NCBI GenBank assembly: GCA_016699305.1
Contig: CP064970.1
Coordinates: 522,066-586,065, forward strand
Source of the DNA: Alphaproteobacteria bacterium
GTDB lineage: Bacteria; Pseudomonadota; Alphaproteobacteria; GCA-016699305
Length of the DNA stretch: 64,000 nt
Direction: 5' to 3'
Part shown: in pieces, positions 35,353-45,160 of the stretch
Layout: every line of letters starts with the position of its first letter
Position numbering within the stretch: position 1 is the stretch's first letter
The notes under the pieces: model-generated
What the model saw: only the letters and a program-made list of their open reading frames with translations
Databases searched by the model: none
What the model was told of the DNA's origin: nothing
Made by a program: the position numbers and the translations under genes

Positions 35353-35421
35353 TAGGGCTTTATTATTTATCGCCCTTTGCCTTTTGCCATGCTCGTACCA
35401 TATTGATACACAAGATTTGGC

Positions 35422-36003
35422 ATGACGGCGGAAAGGAACGCGGCTTTGAGCGATAACGGCAACATGCCCATTTGGCACGGCACGACCATCTTATGCGTGC
35501 GCAAGGGCGATAGCGTGGTGATGGCGGGGGACGGTCAGGTCTCGTTCGGCAACACCGTGATGAAGGGCAATGCGCGCAAAGTGCGCCGTCTGGGAACCGG
35601 CGGGGATATCCTGGCCGGATTTGCGGGAGCGACCGCCGATGCCATGGCGTTGTTCGAACGGCTCGAAGCCCAGCTCGAAAAGCACCCCGGCCAACTGGCG
35701 CGTGCTTGCGTGGAAATGGCCAAGGATTGGCGCACCGACCGCTATCTGCGCCGGTTAGAGGCCATGCTGGCCGTAGCGGATAGAGGTGTCAGCCTGGTGC
35801 TGACGGGCGTGGGCGATGTGTTGGAGCCAGAAGACGGCCTGATCGGCATCGGCTCGGGCGGGTCCTATGCCCTGGCCGCCGCACGCGCCCTGATGGACAC
35901 CGACCAAGACGCCGAGGCTATCGCACGCAAGTCCTTGGACGTCGCCGCCAGCATTTGCATCTATACCAACCGCAACGTCACTTTGGAGAAATTGGCCGCA
36001 TGA
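35422..36003 (+). CDS. hslV: ATP-dependent protease subunit HslV
   Basis: …[24 protein letters not shown]… with an N-terminal Thr nucleophile context. 193 aa including a short N-extension; the true start may be the Met at 35464. Confidence 0.93.
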   Translation: MTAERNAALSDNGNMPIWHGTTILCVRKGDSVVMAGDGQVSFGNTVMKGNARKVRRLGTGGDILAGFAGATADAMALFERLEAQLEKHPGQLARACVEMAKDWRTDRYLRRLEAMLAVADRGVSLVLTGVGDVLEPEDGLIGIGSGGSYALAAARALMDTDQDAEAIARKSLDVAASICIYTNRNVTLEKLAA

Positions 36004-37313
36004 GCGCGTTAACACCCCGTCAAATCGTCGCCGAATTGGACCGCTACATTGTCGGCCAGCATGAAGCCAAACGCGCGGTGGCTATTGCTCTGCGCAATCG
36101 CTGGCGTCGTCAGCAATTGCCCGATGCGCTGCGGGAAGAGGTCTTACCCAAAAACATTTTGATGATCGGTCCCACAGGCGTGGGCAAGACGGAGATCGCC
36201 CGTCGCCTGGCGCGGCTGGCCGATGCGCCTTTCTTGAAGGTCGAGGCCACGAAGTTCACCGAGATCGGCTATGTTGGCCGCGATGTCGAACAGATCGTGC
36301 GCGACCTGCTGGACGTAGCGATCAAAATGGCGCGCGCCAAGCATCGGCGCGAGGTGGAATCCCGCGCGGCGGAATTGACCGAGGAACGTCTGCTGGCCGC
36401 GTTGGTGGGCGACAGCGCGACACCTGAGACGCGCCAAAAATTCCGCCAAATGCTGCATGAAGGCAGTCTTGATGATAAGGAAATCGAGATTGCGATGAAT
36501 GATAACAGCGCCGAGAACATGCCCATGTTCGAGATTCCCGGCATGCCCGGCGCGCAAATGGGCATGATGAATATCGGCGATATGATCGGCAAAGCCTTTG
36601 GCCAACGCACCAAGACCAAGCGCCTTACCGTCGCCGCCGCCCGCAAGGCGGTGGAGGAAGAGGAATCCGACAAATTGTTGGATAACGACAAAGTAGTCGG
36701 CGAAGCCATCGAGATGGTCGAGCAAAACGGCATCGTCTTTCTGGACGAGATTGATAAGATCGCCGCACGCAGTGACTTGCGCGGCGGCGATGTCAGCCGC
36801 GAGGGCGTGCAGCGCGACTTGCTCCCCTTGATCGAAGGAACGTCCGTTTCCACCCGCCACGGCACAGTACGCACCGACCATGTTCTTTTCATCGCCTCGG
36901 GCGCATTCCACTTGGCCAAGCCTTCGGATCTGTTGCCCGAGCTGCAAGGTCGTCTGCCCATTCGCGTGGAACTAAAAGCCCTGACGCGCCAGGACTTTCG
37001 CCGCATCCTGACCGAGCCTGAAGCCAGCCTAATCCGGCAATACAAGGCCCTGATGGCCACGGAGCAACTGGACCTTGAATTCTCCGACGATGCCATCGAC
37101 GCCCTGGCGGACCTGACCACCACCATCAACGAGCAGATCGAAAATATCGGCGCGCGGCGTTTGCACACCGTCCTTGAAAGACTGCTGGAAGAGATCAGCT
37201 TCGAGTCGGATGGAGAAAAAGGCGCACGCAGCCTTCGCATCGACGCGGAATATGTCCGCACCCATGTGGGTGAATTGGCGCGCGACAACGACTTATCGAA
37301 GTTCATTTTATAA
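36000..37313 (+). CDS. hslU: ATP-dependent protease ATPase subunit HslU
   Basis: [27 protein letters not shown]…[15 protein letters not shown]… AAA+ motifs. The start overlaps the hslV stop (ATGA). Confidence 0.95.
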   Translation: MSALTPRQIVAELDRYIVGQHEAKRAVAIALRNRWRRQQLPDALREEVLPKNILMIGPTGVGKTEIARRLARLADAPFLKVEATKFTEIGYVGRDVEQIVRDLLDVAIKMARAKHRREVESRAAELTEERLLAALVGDSATPETRQKFRQMLHEGSLDDKEIEIAMNDNSAENMPMFEIPGMPGAQMGMMNIGDMIGKAFGQRTKTKRLTVAAARKAVEEEESDKLLDNDKVVGEAIEMVEQNGIVFLDEIDKIAARSDLRGGDVSREGVQRDLLPLIEGTSVSTRHGTVRTDHVLFIASGAFHLAKPSDLLPELQGRLPIRVELKALTRQDFRRILTEPEASLIRQYKALMATEQLDLEFSDDAIDALADLTTTINEQIENIGARRLHTVLERLLEEISFESDGEKGARSLRIDAEYVRTHVGELARDNDLSKFIL

Positions 37314-37395
37314 AAGAACTTCAATGAGCTAAATGCCATTTACACAATCTTAAGCCCCCAGACGGCACGCTAGGTGTCAAGCGGGAGAATGTGTC

Positions 37396-37797
37396 ATGGC
37401 TATTGCCCTGCAAAATCTTTTGTCCAAGCGCATGTCTTACCTGATGCAGCGTCAGGACGTGATCGCGCGCAATGTCGGGAATGCCGACACCGCAGGATAC
37501 CGCGCGCAAGACTTGACGCCGTTTCAGCAAATCATGTCGGCAAGCGGCGGCGGGTCGCCCACCGGATTGCGAGTCACCAATGCGCGCCATATCACGGCGG
37601 CTGGCGGTTTGGCGGGCGCGGGGGCCACGGCGGTGAACGAGCGTAAGCCCTATGAGGTTCTACCCTCGGGCAATTCCGTGTCCTTGGAACATGAAATGTT
37701 GAAGCTGGCCGAGACCACACAAGACTACAGCGTGACGACGTCGATTTATCGCAAGCTGCATGGCTTGTTCCGCACCGCGCTAGGTAAGGGCGCATAA
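37396..37797 (+). CDS. flgB: flagellar basal-body rod protein FlgB
   Basis: 133 aa. Rod N-terminal motif (RQDVIARNVGNADTAGYRAQDL). Confidence 0.85.
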   Translation: MAIALQNLLSKRMSYLMQRQDVIARNVGNADTAGYRAQDLTPFQQIMSASGGGSPTGLRVTNARHITAAGGLAGAGATAVNERKPYEVLPSGNSVSLEHEMLKLAETTQDYSVTTSIYRKLHGLFRTALGKGA

Positions 37798-37826
37798 CGA
37801 AAACAGCCAGGGGAGAAGGTCGAAAA

Positions 37827-38261
37827 ATGGCAAATCGCGACTCCACCACCGGCGATGTAATGGCTCCCATGCGCCAGGCGGCCTATGGCCTGAAGGCGCA
37901 AGGACAAAGACTGCGCGTGATCGCGGAAAACATGGCCAATGCCGACACCACCGCCGACACGCCCGGCGGCACGCCCTATCAGCGTCAGATCAGCACCTTT
38001 CGCAATGTCCTGGATCGCGTTTCGGGCATGCGCCATGTGGAATTTGGCGGCGTGCGCACGGATACCACCGATTTTCAGAAACGCTATCAGCCCGGACACC
38101 CGGCGGCGGACAAGGACGGCTATGTGCTGATGCCCAATGTCCAGCCGCTGGTGGAGATGATGGATATGCGCGAAGCCCAGCGCAGTTATGAAGCCAATCT
38201 CAACATCGTCGATGCCGTCAAGCAGGTCGTCCGCCAGACATTGGACGTGCTGCGTGGCTAA
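37827..38261 (+). CDS. flgC: flagellar basal-body rod protein FlgC
   Basis: AENMANADTT…PGHPAADKDGYVLMPNV…EMMDMREAQRSYEANLNIV is typical FlgC. Confidence 0.9.
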   Translation: MANRDSTTGDVMAPMRQAAYGLKAQGQRLRVIAENMANADTTADTPGGTPYQRQISTFRNVLDRVSGMRHVEFGGVRTDTTDFQKRYQPGHPAADKDGYVLMPNVQPLVEMMDMREAQRSYEANLNIVDAVKQVVRQTLDVLRG

Positions 38262-38292
38262 CCGCTAGGTCGAAGAAGGGAGAGCATCCGCC

Positions 38293-38610
38293 ATGATCGC
38301 GAATATCAATTCCGCCTTATCCGCCTATCGGAATACCATCACCGGAGGCGAAGGATCGTCAAAGAACTTGGCCAGTGCCGCCACCGAAGCCGGCGACTCC
38401 TTCGGCGGAGTCCTGGCCGGCATGGGAAGCCCGCTGATCGGCGCGCTCAAGAACGGCGAAAAAGCCATGATGGATACCGCCTCGGGCAAAGGGAACCTTG
38501 CCGCCTTGGTCAGCTCGCTCAGCGAAGCCGACATCATGCTGCAAACCGTCTCAACCGTCCGCGACAAAGCCATCCAGGCCTATCAAGACATCATGCATAC
38601 GGCAATTTGA
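38293..38610 (+). CDS. fliE: flagellar hook-basal body complex protein FliE
   Basis: 105 aa. The C-terminus (LQTVSTVRDKAIQAYQDIMHTAI) matches the FliE signature. Confidence 0.8.
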   Translation: MIANINSALSAYRNTITGGEGSSKNLASAATEAGDSFGGVLAGMGSPLIGALKNGEKAMMDTASGKGNLAALVSSLSEADIMLQTVSTVRDKAIQAYQDIMHTAI

Positions 38611-38940
38611 TGGAATAAGGGGCTTGGCCACTACCTAATGCGAAACCTGTTGCGCAGGGCCAAAAATAATAAGAACCACAAGCCGATGCTAAATAGTTTT
38701 TGAAGAAGCTGAAGGACGTTCCACCAAAACTCGCTCCACGGGCCGCATGTCGCCTTGATTTCTGCCCGATTGGAATCACAAGAAGCGTTGAATGCTTGTG
38801 GAAATCCCGTTCTTTCCCTTGTCACGAGAGTCACCCTCGCGCATGCGGGGGTCCATCTCCTATCCCTGCCGATGGAACTTATGGTGCAGACATATCGCTT
38901 CCATACAGGCCGATATGGACATGAGTCGAATTGAGTATGC

Positions 38941-39375
38941 TCATCGCCTTTGCCGAAAAAACTCTTTCAGCAATTCGCCGCATTCCGTTTCCTGGATGCC
39001 GCTATACACTTCGGGCCGGTGGTGGCAGGTGGGTTGCGAGAACCAAACGGGGCCGTGCTCGATCGCTCCGCCTTTGGGGTCGGGGGCGCCGTAATAGAGG
39101 CGGCGAATGCGGGTATGGCTGATGGCCGCCGCGCACATGGCGCAAGGCTCTAAGGTCACATACAGGTCGCATTCGGGCAGGCGCGGCGCGCCTAAAATCC
39201 TTGCGCCTTCGCGCAACACCAGGATTTCGGCATGCGCGGTGGGATCGGCCAGGGATTCGACGGCATTGCCCGTTGCGGCCACGACCTTGCCCGTGCGCCC
39301 GTCAACAAGGACGGCACCCACGGGGACCTCTTGGTCAAGGGCCGCTTTACGAGCCTGTTCAAGGGCTTGGGACAT
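38941..39375 (-). CDS. tadA: tRNA-specific adenosine deaminase TadA
   Basis: The HAE…PCAMC zinc-binding deaminase motifs (PTAHAEILVLREG…LYVTLEPCAMCAAAI). Start chosen at MSQALEQARKAAL, although the RBS is poor. The tool ORF extends to 39435. Confidence 0.8.
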   Translation of the reverse strand: MSQALEQARKAALDQEVPVGAVLVDGRTGKVVAATGNAVESLADPTAHAEILVLREGARILGAPRLPECDLYVTLEPCAMCAAAISHTRIRRLYYGAPDPKGGAIEHGPVWFSQPTCHHRPEVYSGIQETECGELLKEFFRQRR

Positions 39376-39497
39376 ATATGAAGGGGGAGGCGTGAAGATC
39401 ACGGGAATGCCTTGTCTTTGCCGCTTTGCTGACACGATCGCGAGGCATAGAATGCACGATATCTTGGTTTAAAACATCAAAGGATGGAAGCCGAACG

Positions 39498-40193
39498 ATG
39501 CGCCCTTGCATTGCCCTGGTGGATGACGACCGCAATATCCTGACTTCCGTGCGTATGGCTTTGGAATCGGAAGGTTTCGACGTGCGCACTTACAGCGACG
39601 GCGACGAGGCACTTAAGGGCCTGACCGCCCAACCGCCCAATCTGGCCGTGCTGGATATCAAGATGCCGCGCATGGACGGCTTGGAGCTTTTGGCGCGTTT
39701 GCGCCAAACCAGCCGCATGCCGGTGATCTTCCTGACATCGAAGGACGATGAGGAGGACGAGTTGGAAGGTCTGCGCGTGGGCGCGGACGACTATATCAAA
39801 AAGCCTTTCTCGCAACGCCTGTTGATCGAGCGTATCCGCGCCCTCTTGCGGCGCGAGCAATTGGCCAATGAGCAAAAATCCGATCCCAACACCGTCTTGG
39901 TGCGGGGGGAATTGGTCATGGACAGCGCCCGCCATTCCTGCACCTGGAAGGGCAAACCCGTGGATCTGACTGTCACGGAATTCCTGCTGGTCCGCGCCTT
40001 GGCGCAACGGCCTGGCCATGTCAAAAACAGAGATCAATTAATGGATGCCGCCTATGGCGAGTCCATCTATGTTGACGATAGAACAATTGATAGCCATATC
40101 AAGAGGTTGCGTAAGAAATTTAAATCTGTGGATGATGATTTCTCGCAGATCGAGACTCTGTACGGCGTGGGGTATCGTTATAAGGAGGATTAG
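39498..40193 (+). CDS. chvI: OmpR-family response regulator, ChvI-like
   Basis: The start [27 protein letters not shown]…[10 protein letters not shown]…[34 protein letters not shown] closely resembles ChvI. There is a winged-helix C-terminus. ATG follows AAGGA. Confidence 0.8.
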   Translation: MRPCIALVDDDRNILTSVRMALESEGFDVRTYSDGDEALKGLTAQPPNLAVLDIKMPRMDGLELLARLRQTSRMPVIFLTSKDDEEDELEGLRVGADDYIKKPFSQRLLIERIRALLRREQLANEQKSDPNTVLVRGELVMDSARHSCTWKGKPVDLTVTEFLLVRALAQRPGHVKNRDQLMDAAYGESIYVDDRTIDSHIKRLRKKFKSVDDDFSQIETLYGVGYRYKED

Positions 40194-40278
40194 ATCGGAT
40201 CCTTCCATGGAGGGCTGATATTATCGCTCGGCCAAAGATCATCTTCCATCGCATTGAAGAATTGAAGAGGAGAAATCC

Positions 40279-41328
40279 ATGTTTTTCGCCAGTGACACGA
40301 CGGCTCCGGTGTGTAGCGAAATTCTAGATGCTATTCGCGATTCTTCGGATGGTTTTGAACACAGTTATGGAGCGGACAGTCACACGCAGCGCCTCAATGA
40401 GCGTGTATCGGAGCTATTCGAAACATCTTGCGTGGTTTATCCCGTGATTACAGGTACAGCCTCTAACGCCTTGGCCTTAAGCGTTCTAAGTCCGCCTTAT
40501 GGGGTCGTTCTGTGTCACCGCACGGCACATATCCAAGAAGACGAATGCGCTGCACCGGAGTTTTTCTCAGGTGGGGCCAGATTGGGTTTATTGGAAGGTG
40601 AAAATGGACGCATGACAGTCACATCACTGACGGAGGCGCTGTCTGCAATGAGCCATGGCGTTCACAGTGCGCCGATGTCGGCTTTGTCGTTGAGTCAGGC
40701 GACTGAATGGGGAACCGTTTATCGTCCCGAACATGTGTCTGAGCTAGCAGGAATAGCCAAACGTCATGATTTATCTGTGCATATGGACGGAGCCAGATTT
40801 GCCAATGCTTTGGTTTCTTCGGGCGCGACTCCCGCGCAGATGACTTGGAAGGCGGGAGTGGATGTTTTGTCTTTGGGGGCGACCAAATGCGGCGCTCTGG
40901 GAGCGGAGGCTGTGATCTTCTTCCATCCCGAACGTGCCGCCGACTTTGAGCGCCGTCGGAAGCGGGCGGGACACCTGATCTCAAAAATGCGTTTTGTGTC
41001 GGCGCAATTGAACGCATGGTTCGAAAATGATCTGTGGCTACGACTGGCAGGTCATGCCAATCAAATGGCGCAGATTTTGGCACATTCGCTGCAGGAGTTG
41101 CCGGGCGTGTCTATCGTGGTTCCTGTTGAAGCCAATGAGATTTTTGTGCAAATGCCCGCCTTAGCCGTAAGCGCGCTTGAAAAGGCAGGTGCGGATTTCT
41201 ATACCTGGACTGGTGGTACGTCACAATTCCCCATGATTCGCCTGGTTACACATTTTGCGACAACGGAACAGCATGTGCGTGACTTTGTAGGCTGTGTGGA
41301 AAAAGCGCTAGAAGAACAAGCGGCTTAG
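40279..41328 (+). CDS. ltaE: low-specificity L-threonine aldolase family (PLP-dependent)
   Basis: 349 aa of the beta-eliminating lyase / threonine aldolase fold, with PLP-lysine context (VLSLGATKCGALGAEAVIF). Confidence 0.75.
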   Translation: MFFASDTTAPVCSEILDAIRDSSDGFEHSYGADSHTQRLNERVSELFETSCVVYPVITGTASNALALSVLSPPYGVVLCHRTAHIQEDECAAPEFFSGGARLGLLEGENGRMTVTSLTEALSAMSHGVHSAPMSALSLSQATEWGTVYRPEHVSELAGIAKRHDLSVHMDGARFANALVSSGATPAQMTWKAGVDVLSLGATKCGALGAEAVIFFHPERAADFERRRKRAGHLISKMRFVSAQLNAWFENDLWLRLAGHANQMAQILAHSLQELPGVSIVVPVEANEIFVQMPALAVSALEKAGADFYTWTGGTSQFPMIRLVTHFATTEQHVRDFVGCVEKALEEQAA

Positions 41329-41444
41329 TTCGTTTGGCGCGACTATCAAAATGCATGAAATGATTGAAATGATCCGTTGTTTTCCCTAGAGTTTTACAAG
41401 ATAGTAGATGGTCGTCCGGGGACGAGGGAGATGAGGTAAGGTCA

Positions 41445-43412
41445 ATGGCAAAGAGTACACTCCTCGCTCAAACGGCGTTTGCGCCGCAGGCTTGGCCCGA
41501 TGAAGACGCCGGCCTTGACGAGTCGATCTCATTTGCGCGGGATGCCTTGTTGCGTCGGCAGAATCCCGATGGACATTGGGTGTTCGAGCTGGAGGCGGAT
41601 GCCACCATCCCATCGGAATACATTCTTCTGCTGCATTATCTGGACCGTCGCAATTCCGAGCTTGAGCGGCGTTTGGCCGTTTATCTGCGGCGGCGACAAA
41701 GCGCGCAGCATGGCGGTTGGCCTTTGTTCCATGAAGGGGCTTTTGACATCAGCGCCAGCGTGAAGGCCTATTTCGCCTTAAAGGCGGTGGGCGACGATCC
41801 GCAGGCGCCTCATATGCGCCGCGCGCGCGAGGCGATCTTGGCCCATGGCGGGGCCGAGAAAACCAATGTTTTTACACGGTTTCAAATGGCGTTATACGGG
41901 GCGGTGCCTTGGCGCGCCGTGCCGGTGATGCCCGTTGAGATCATGGCTCTGCCGCGCTGGTTCCCGTTTCACCTGGACAAGGTGTCCTATTGGTCGCGCA
42001 CGGTGATCGTGCCCATGTTGGCGCTGATGGCCCTAAAGCCCCGCGCGCGCAATCCGCTGGGCATATCGGTGGATGAGCTGTTCCACACGCCGCCGCACAA
42101 AGTGCGCAATTGGCACAGCAATCGCGCTAAAAGCTTTTGGGTGCATGTCTTTAGGGGCATCGACGCCGTTTTGCGTGCGACCGAGCCTATGTTTCCCAAA
42201 GCTTTGCGTCAGCACAGCTTGGATAAGGCCGTTTCCTTCGTGCGCGAACGCTTGAATGGCGAAGACGGTCTGGGCGCGATTTATCCGGCCATGGCCAATA
42301 GCGTGATGATGTTCGATGCGCTGGGCTACAGTCCCGACCATCCCGATTTTGATATCGCTTGGCGTTCGGTGAACAAGTTGATCGTCGAAGGCCGTGACGA
42401 GGCCTATGTCCAGCCTTGCGTCTCGCCGATTTGGGATACGTCGCTGACCGCGCATGCGATGTTGGAATCGGGTGAAGAGGGTATCTTGGCGGCGCGGCGC
42501 GCGGCGCGTTGGCTGGCGGCCAGGCAGATCACCGATGTCGTGGGCGACTGGGCCAGCCGTCGGCCCGATACGCCGCCGGGCGGCTGGGCGTTTCAATACG
42601 CCAATCCCCATTATCCGGATACGGACGACACCGCCGTGGTGGCGATGGCGTTGCATCGGACCGATGCGATTTCTTACAAATCGCATATCGACCGCGCGGC
42701 CCAGTGGATTCTGGGCATGCAATGCCGGGATGGCGGCTGGGGCGCTTTCGACGCCGATAACACGCATTCGTATTTGAATGCCATCCCCTTTGCCGATCAT
42801 GGAGCCTTGCTGGACCCTTCGACGGCGGATGTCACGGCCCGGTGTTTGGGGATGCTGGCTCAGTTGGATTATCCCACGGACCATCCCGCGATTCAGGCGG
42901 CGGTGGCCTATTTGCGGCGCGAGCAGGAACCCGATGGTTGTTGGTTTGGCCGCTGGGGCACCAATTATATCTATGGCACATGGTCGGTGCTGAACGCTTT
43001 GAACGCCGTGGGCGTGCCAGGGGATGATCCATCCATGCGCCGCGCGGTGGATTGGCTGTTGGCGCGACAACGCGCCGATGGCGGCTGGGGCGAAGACGGC
43101 GCCAGTTACGAGCCAGGCAAACCCAAGGGCGAAGGGCCGATCAGCACTCCCGCGCAAACCGCTTGGGCGGTGCTGGGGTTGATGGCGGCGGGAGAGGTAA
43201 GCCACCCTAGCGTGGCGCGCGGGATCGCCTGGCTGATGGACAACCAGACCGAAGACGGCCTATGGCAAGAAGATCATTATACGGCGGTGGGTTTCCCGCG
43301 CGTGTTCTATTTACGCTATCACGGCTACCGCGCTTTCTTTCCGCTATTCGCCTTGTCGCGCTATCGCAACCTGACCCAAGGGCGCGCCAACCGCGTGGCA
43401 TTCGGGTTTTAG
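41445..43412 (+). CDS. shc: squalene-hopene cyclase
   Basis: 655 aa. DTDDTA catalytic motif (HYPDTDDTAVVAMAL), multiple QW repeats (QxxDGGWG), and the C-terminal region typical of SHC/HpnF. Confidence 0.95.
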   Translation: MAKSTLLAQTAFAPQAWPDEDAGLDESISFARDALLRRQNPDGHWVFELEADATIPSEYILLLHYLDRRNSELERRLAVYLRRRQSAQHGGWPLFHEGAFDISASVKAYFALKAVGDDPQAPHMRRAREAILAHGGAEKTNVFTRFQMALYGAVPWRAVPVMPVEIMALPRWFPFHLDKVSYWSRTVIVPMLALMALKPRARNPLGISVDELFHTPPHKVRNWHSNRAKSFWVHVFRGIDAVLRATEPMFPKALRQHSLDKAVSFVRERLNGEDGLGAIYPAMANSVMMFDALGYSPDHPDFDIAWRSVNKLIVEGRDEAYVQPCVSPIWDTSLTAHAMLESGEEGILAARRAARWLAARQITDVVGDWASRRPDTPPGGWAFQYANPHYPDTDDTAVVAMALHRTDAISYKSHIDRAAQWILGMQCRDGGWGAFDADNTHSYLNAIPFADHGALLDPSTADVTARCLGMLAQLDYPTDHPAIQAAVAYLRREQEPDGCWFGRWGTNYIYGTWSVLNALNAVGVPGDDPSMRRAVDWLLARQRADGGWGEDGASYEPGKPKGEGPISTPAQTAWAVLGLMAAGEVSHPSVARGIAWLMDNQTEDGLWQEDHYTAVGFPRVFYLRYHGYRAFFPLFALSRYRNLTQGRANRVAFGF

Positions 43413-43550
43413 CCTATAGCGCATAGGAAAGCGGTGCAGGCGGTTTGGTTAGTAAATGACGGGATTCCAGCATCTGCCCCGGCCGATGGTGCTGAGGATT
43501 TGAAAGAGTCTGCCTTAGCAAGCATCAAAACCAACCCTCGTGATCCCTTC

Positions 43551-43907
43551 CTACAGCATCTGACTCAATCCCGTTTGCACCACGGTCCATTCCTGTTCGA
43601 TGGCTTGGAGATAGGCGCGCTTCTCAGATGCGGAGGCTTCATGGGCGTGTTGGGCTTTTTGGCACAGCTCGGATAATCGGGCCGCGCCCAGATTGGCCAT
43701 CTCGCCCTTGATGGCATGGGCCGTCTTACGCCATGTTTCGTTCGCGCCATCGGTGCATTCGGCGGTCAGTGTGGTCAGGGACTCTTGGGTGCTGGTGATC
43801 AGCGTATCCACCAGAAGACGCGCGCCCTCTCTATCTTCGCCGAACACATCGCTCAGATTGGTTAAATCCAAGGACTCGAGCGGGACGATCGGTTCAGGAA
43901 TGTCCAT
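43551..43907 (-). CDS. single-domain histidine phosphotransfer (Hpt) protein
   Basis: 118 aa. HAIKGEMANLGAARL is the Hpt phospho-histidine motif (HxxKG…GA..L). Confidence 0.65.
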   Translation of the reverse strand: MDIPEPIVPLESLDLTNLSDVFGEDREGARLLVDTLITSTQESLTTLTAECTDGANETWRKTAHAIKGEMANLGAARLSELCQKAQHAHEASASEKRAYLQAIEQEWTVVQTGLSQML

Positions 43908-43918
43908 GCTTCCTCCCT

Positions 43919-45091
43919 CTATTGAGCCAGATGAGCCAAGGGAACAAATGAGCCGTCTTTTTGTAAACGGGTGAAATACACCGCATCCGAGCCTTGGGTT
44001 CGTCCCGCGCCAAAGGTCAGTTTAAATCCGTCCAGATCGTAACTGCCTTGCGACAGCTGTTCCAAAAGGGCCACGCGTGTCGGGCGGCCTTCGATTCTCC
44101 TAAGGGCCTCTATGACCAGACGGCCCAGAACATAGCCTTCCATCGAGACATAGCCGGGGGACTCGTCGGGTAGGGCGGCTTTCAAGGCCGCTCGGTATCT
44201 GATGGCCAGGGGCAATTGCGCGTCGGAAAAAGGCGGCAGAATTTGGGTCATCACAACGCCATCTCCCTCTTCGCCCAGTTCCTGGGCCAGCGTGTTGGCC
44301 CCGACGATGGACAGGTTAAAGAACAAAGGACGCATTCCCTGCTTCCGCGCCTGTTTGATGAATTCCGCGCAAGGTTCATAAACGCAGATCATGGCCACGG
44401 CTTGGGGGGCGGAAGCTTGTATGTTGGCCACGGCGGCTTTGACGACGGCGGTGTTGCGTTCATAACTGGATTCGGCTGAAGGGGTCAGTCCGTGCCGTCG
44501 CAAGGCGGCGCGTATGCCGTCGCGCCCAGCCTCGCCGAACCCGTCGGATTGATAGAAGATGGCGATTTGGTTGATCTTTAGGTCCCTTATGAGATGTTCA
44601 ACCCATGTCGAGGTTTCCTGGTCATAGGACGGACGCAAATTCACCACATGTTTCAGGTCGTGACGGCGCAGAAGGCTCGCCCCTGTGAATGCGCCGATAT
44701 AGGGAACGCCTTCGCGTCCCAGCATAGGGATAAGAATGCTGGATGTCTGGGTGCCCACGGCCCCGATGATGGCGAAGACGCGGTCTTCTTCGATCAATTG
44801 CCGCGTGATGGCGATGCTTTTCTCGGGCGTGTAGTCGTCATTGCGCGAGATCAAATCAATCTGACGGCCATGGACTCCGCCTGCGGCATTCGTCTCGGCA
44901 AAGGCGGCCAATAACCCAGCGCGCATGCCGCGTCCCAGTGCCGAGACTGAACCGCGCAAAGGCGTCGGCTGACCGAATGTGATGGTCGTATCCGTAACGC
45001 CGTCGCTGGCCGCATCGCTTGCCGCCCGGGCGTCGCCGCCGGACAGCCCCAGGATCATCAGCACCAAACCAAGGCCAACAGAGAGTCTCAT
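43919..45091 (-). CDS. periplasmic binding protein, LivJ/LivK-like (Peripla_BP_6 fold)
   Basis: Signal peptide followed by a type-I PBP fold (ITFGQPTPLRGSVSALG…VFAIIGAVGT…). No permease or ATPase genes are adjacent. Confidence 0.8.
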   Translation of the reverse strand: MRLSVGLGLVLMILGLSGGDARAASDAASDGVTDTTITFGQPTPLRGSVSALGRGMRAGLLAAFAETNAAGGVHGRQIDLISRNDDYTPEKSIAITRQLIEEDRVFAIIGAVGTQTSSILIPMLGREGVPYIGAFTGASLLRRHDLKHVVNLRPSYDQETSTWVEHLIRDLKINQIAIFYQSDGFGEAGRDGIRAALRRHGLTPSAESSYERNTAVVKAAVANIQASAPQAVAMICVYEPCAEFIKQARKQGMRPLFFNLSIVGANTLAQELGEEGDGVVMTQILPPFSDAQLPLAIRYRAALKAALPDESPGYVSMEGYVLGRLVIEALRRIEGRPTRVALLEQLSQGSYDLDGFKLTFGAGRTQGSDAVYFTRLQKDGSFVPLAHLAQ

Positions 45092-45160
45092 ATGATGGTC
45101 CTGGAAAGAAGAGGTCCGCCCTGCGTCTTGTATTATGCCAGCAGGAAGTTAACTGATCGT

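Noticed and set aside
38611-38940. Small ORFs 38631..38834(-) and 38700..38924(+) between fliE and tadA; possible small membrane protein or sRNA locus
   Set aside because: Mutually overlapping on opposite strands, no RBS, no recognisable motif. Left unannotated.
42033-43205. 390-aa minus-strand ORF inside shc
   Set aside because: Antisense to the squalene-hopene cyclase, which carries the diagnostic DTDDTA and QW motifs. Its translation is R/G/H-rich low complexity.
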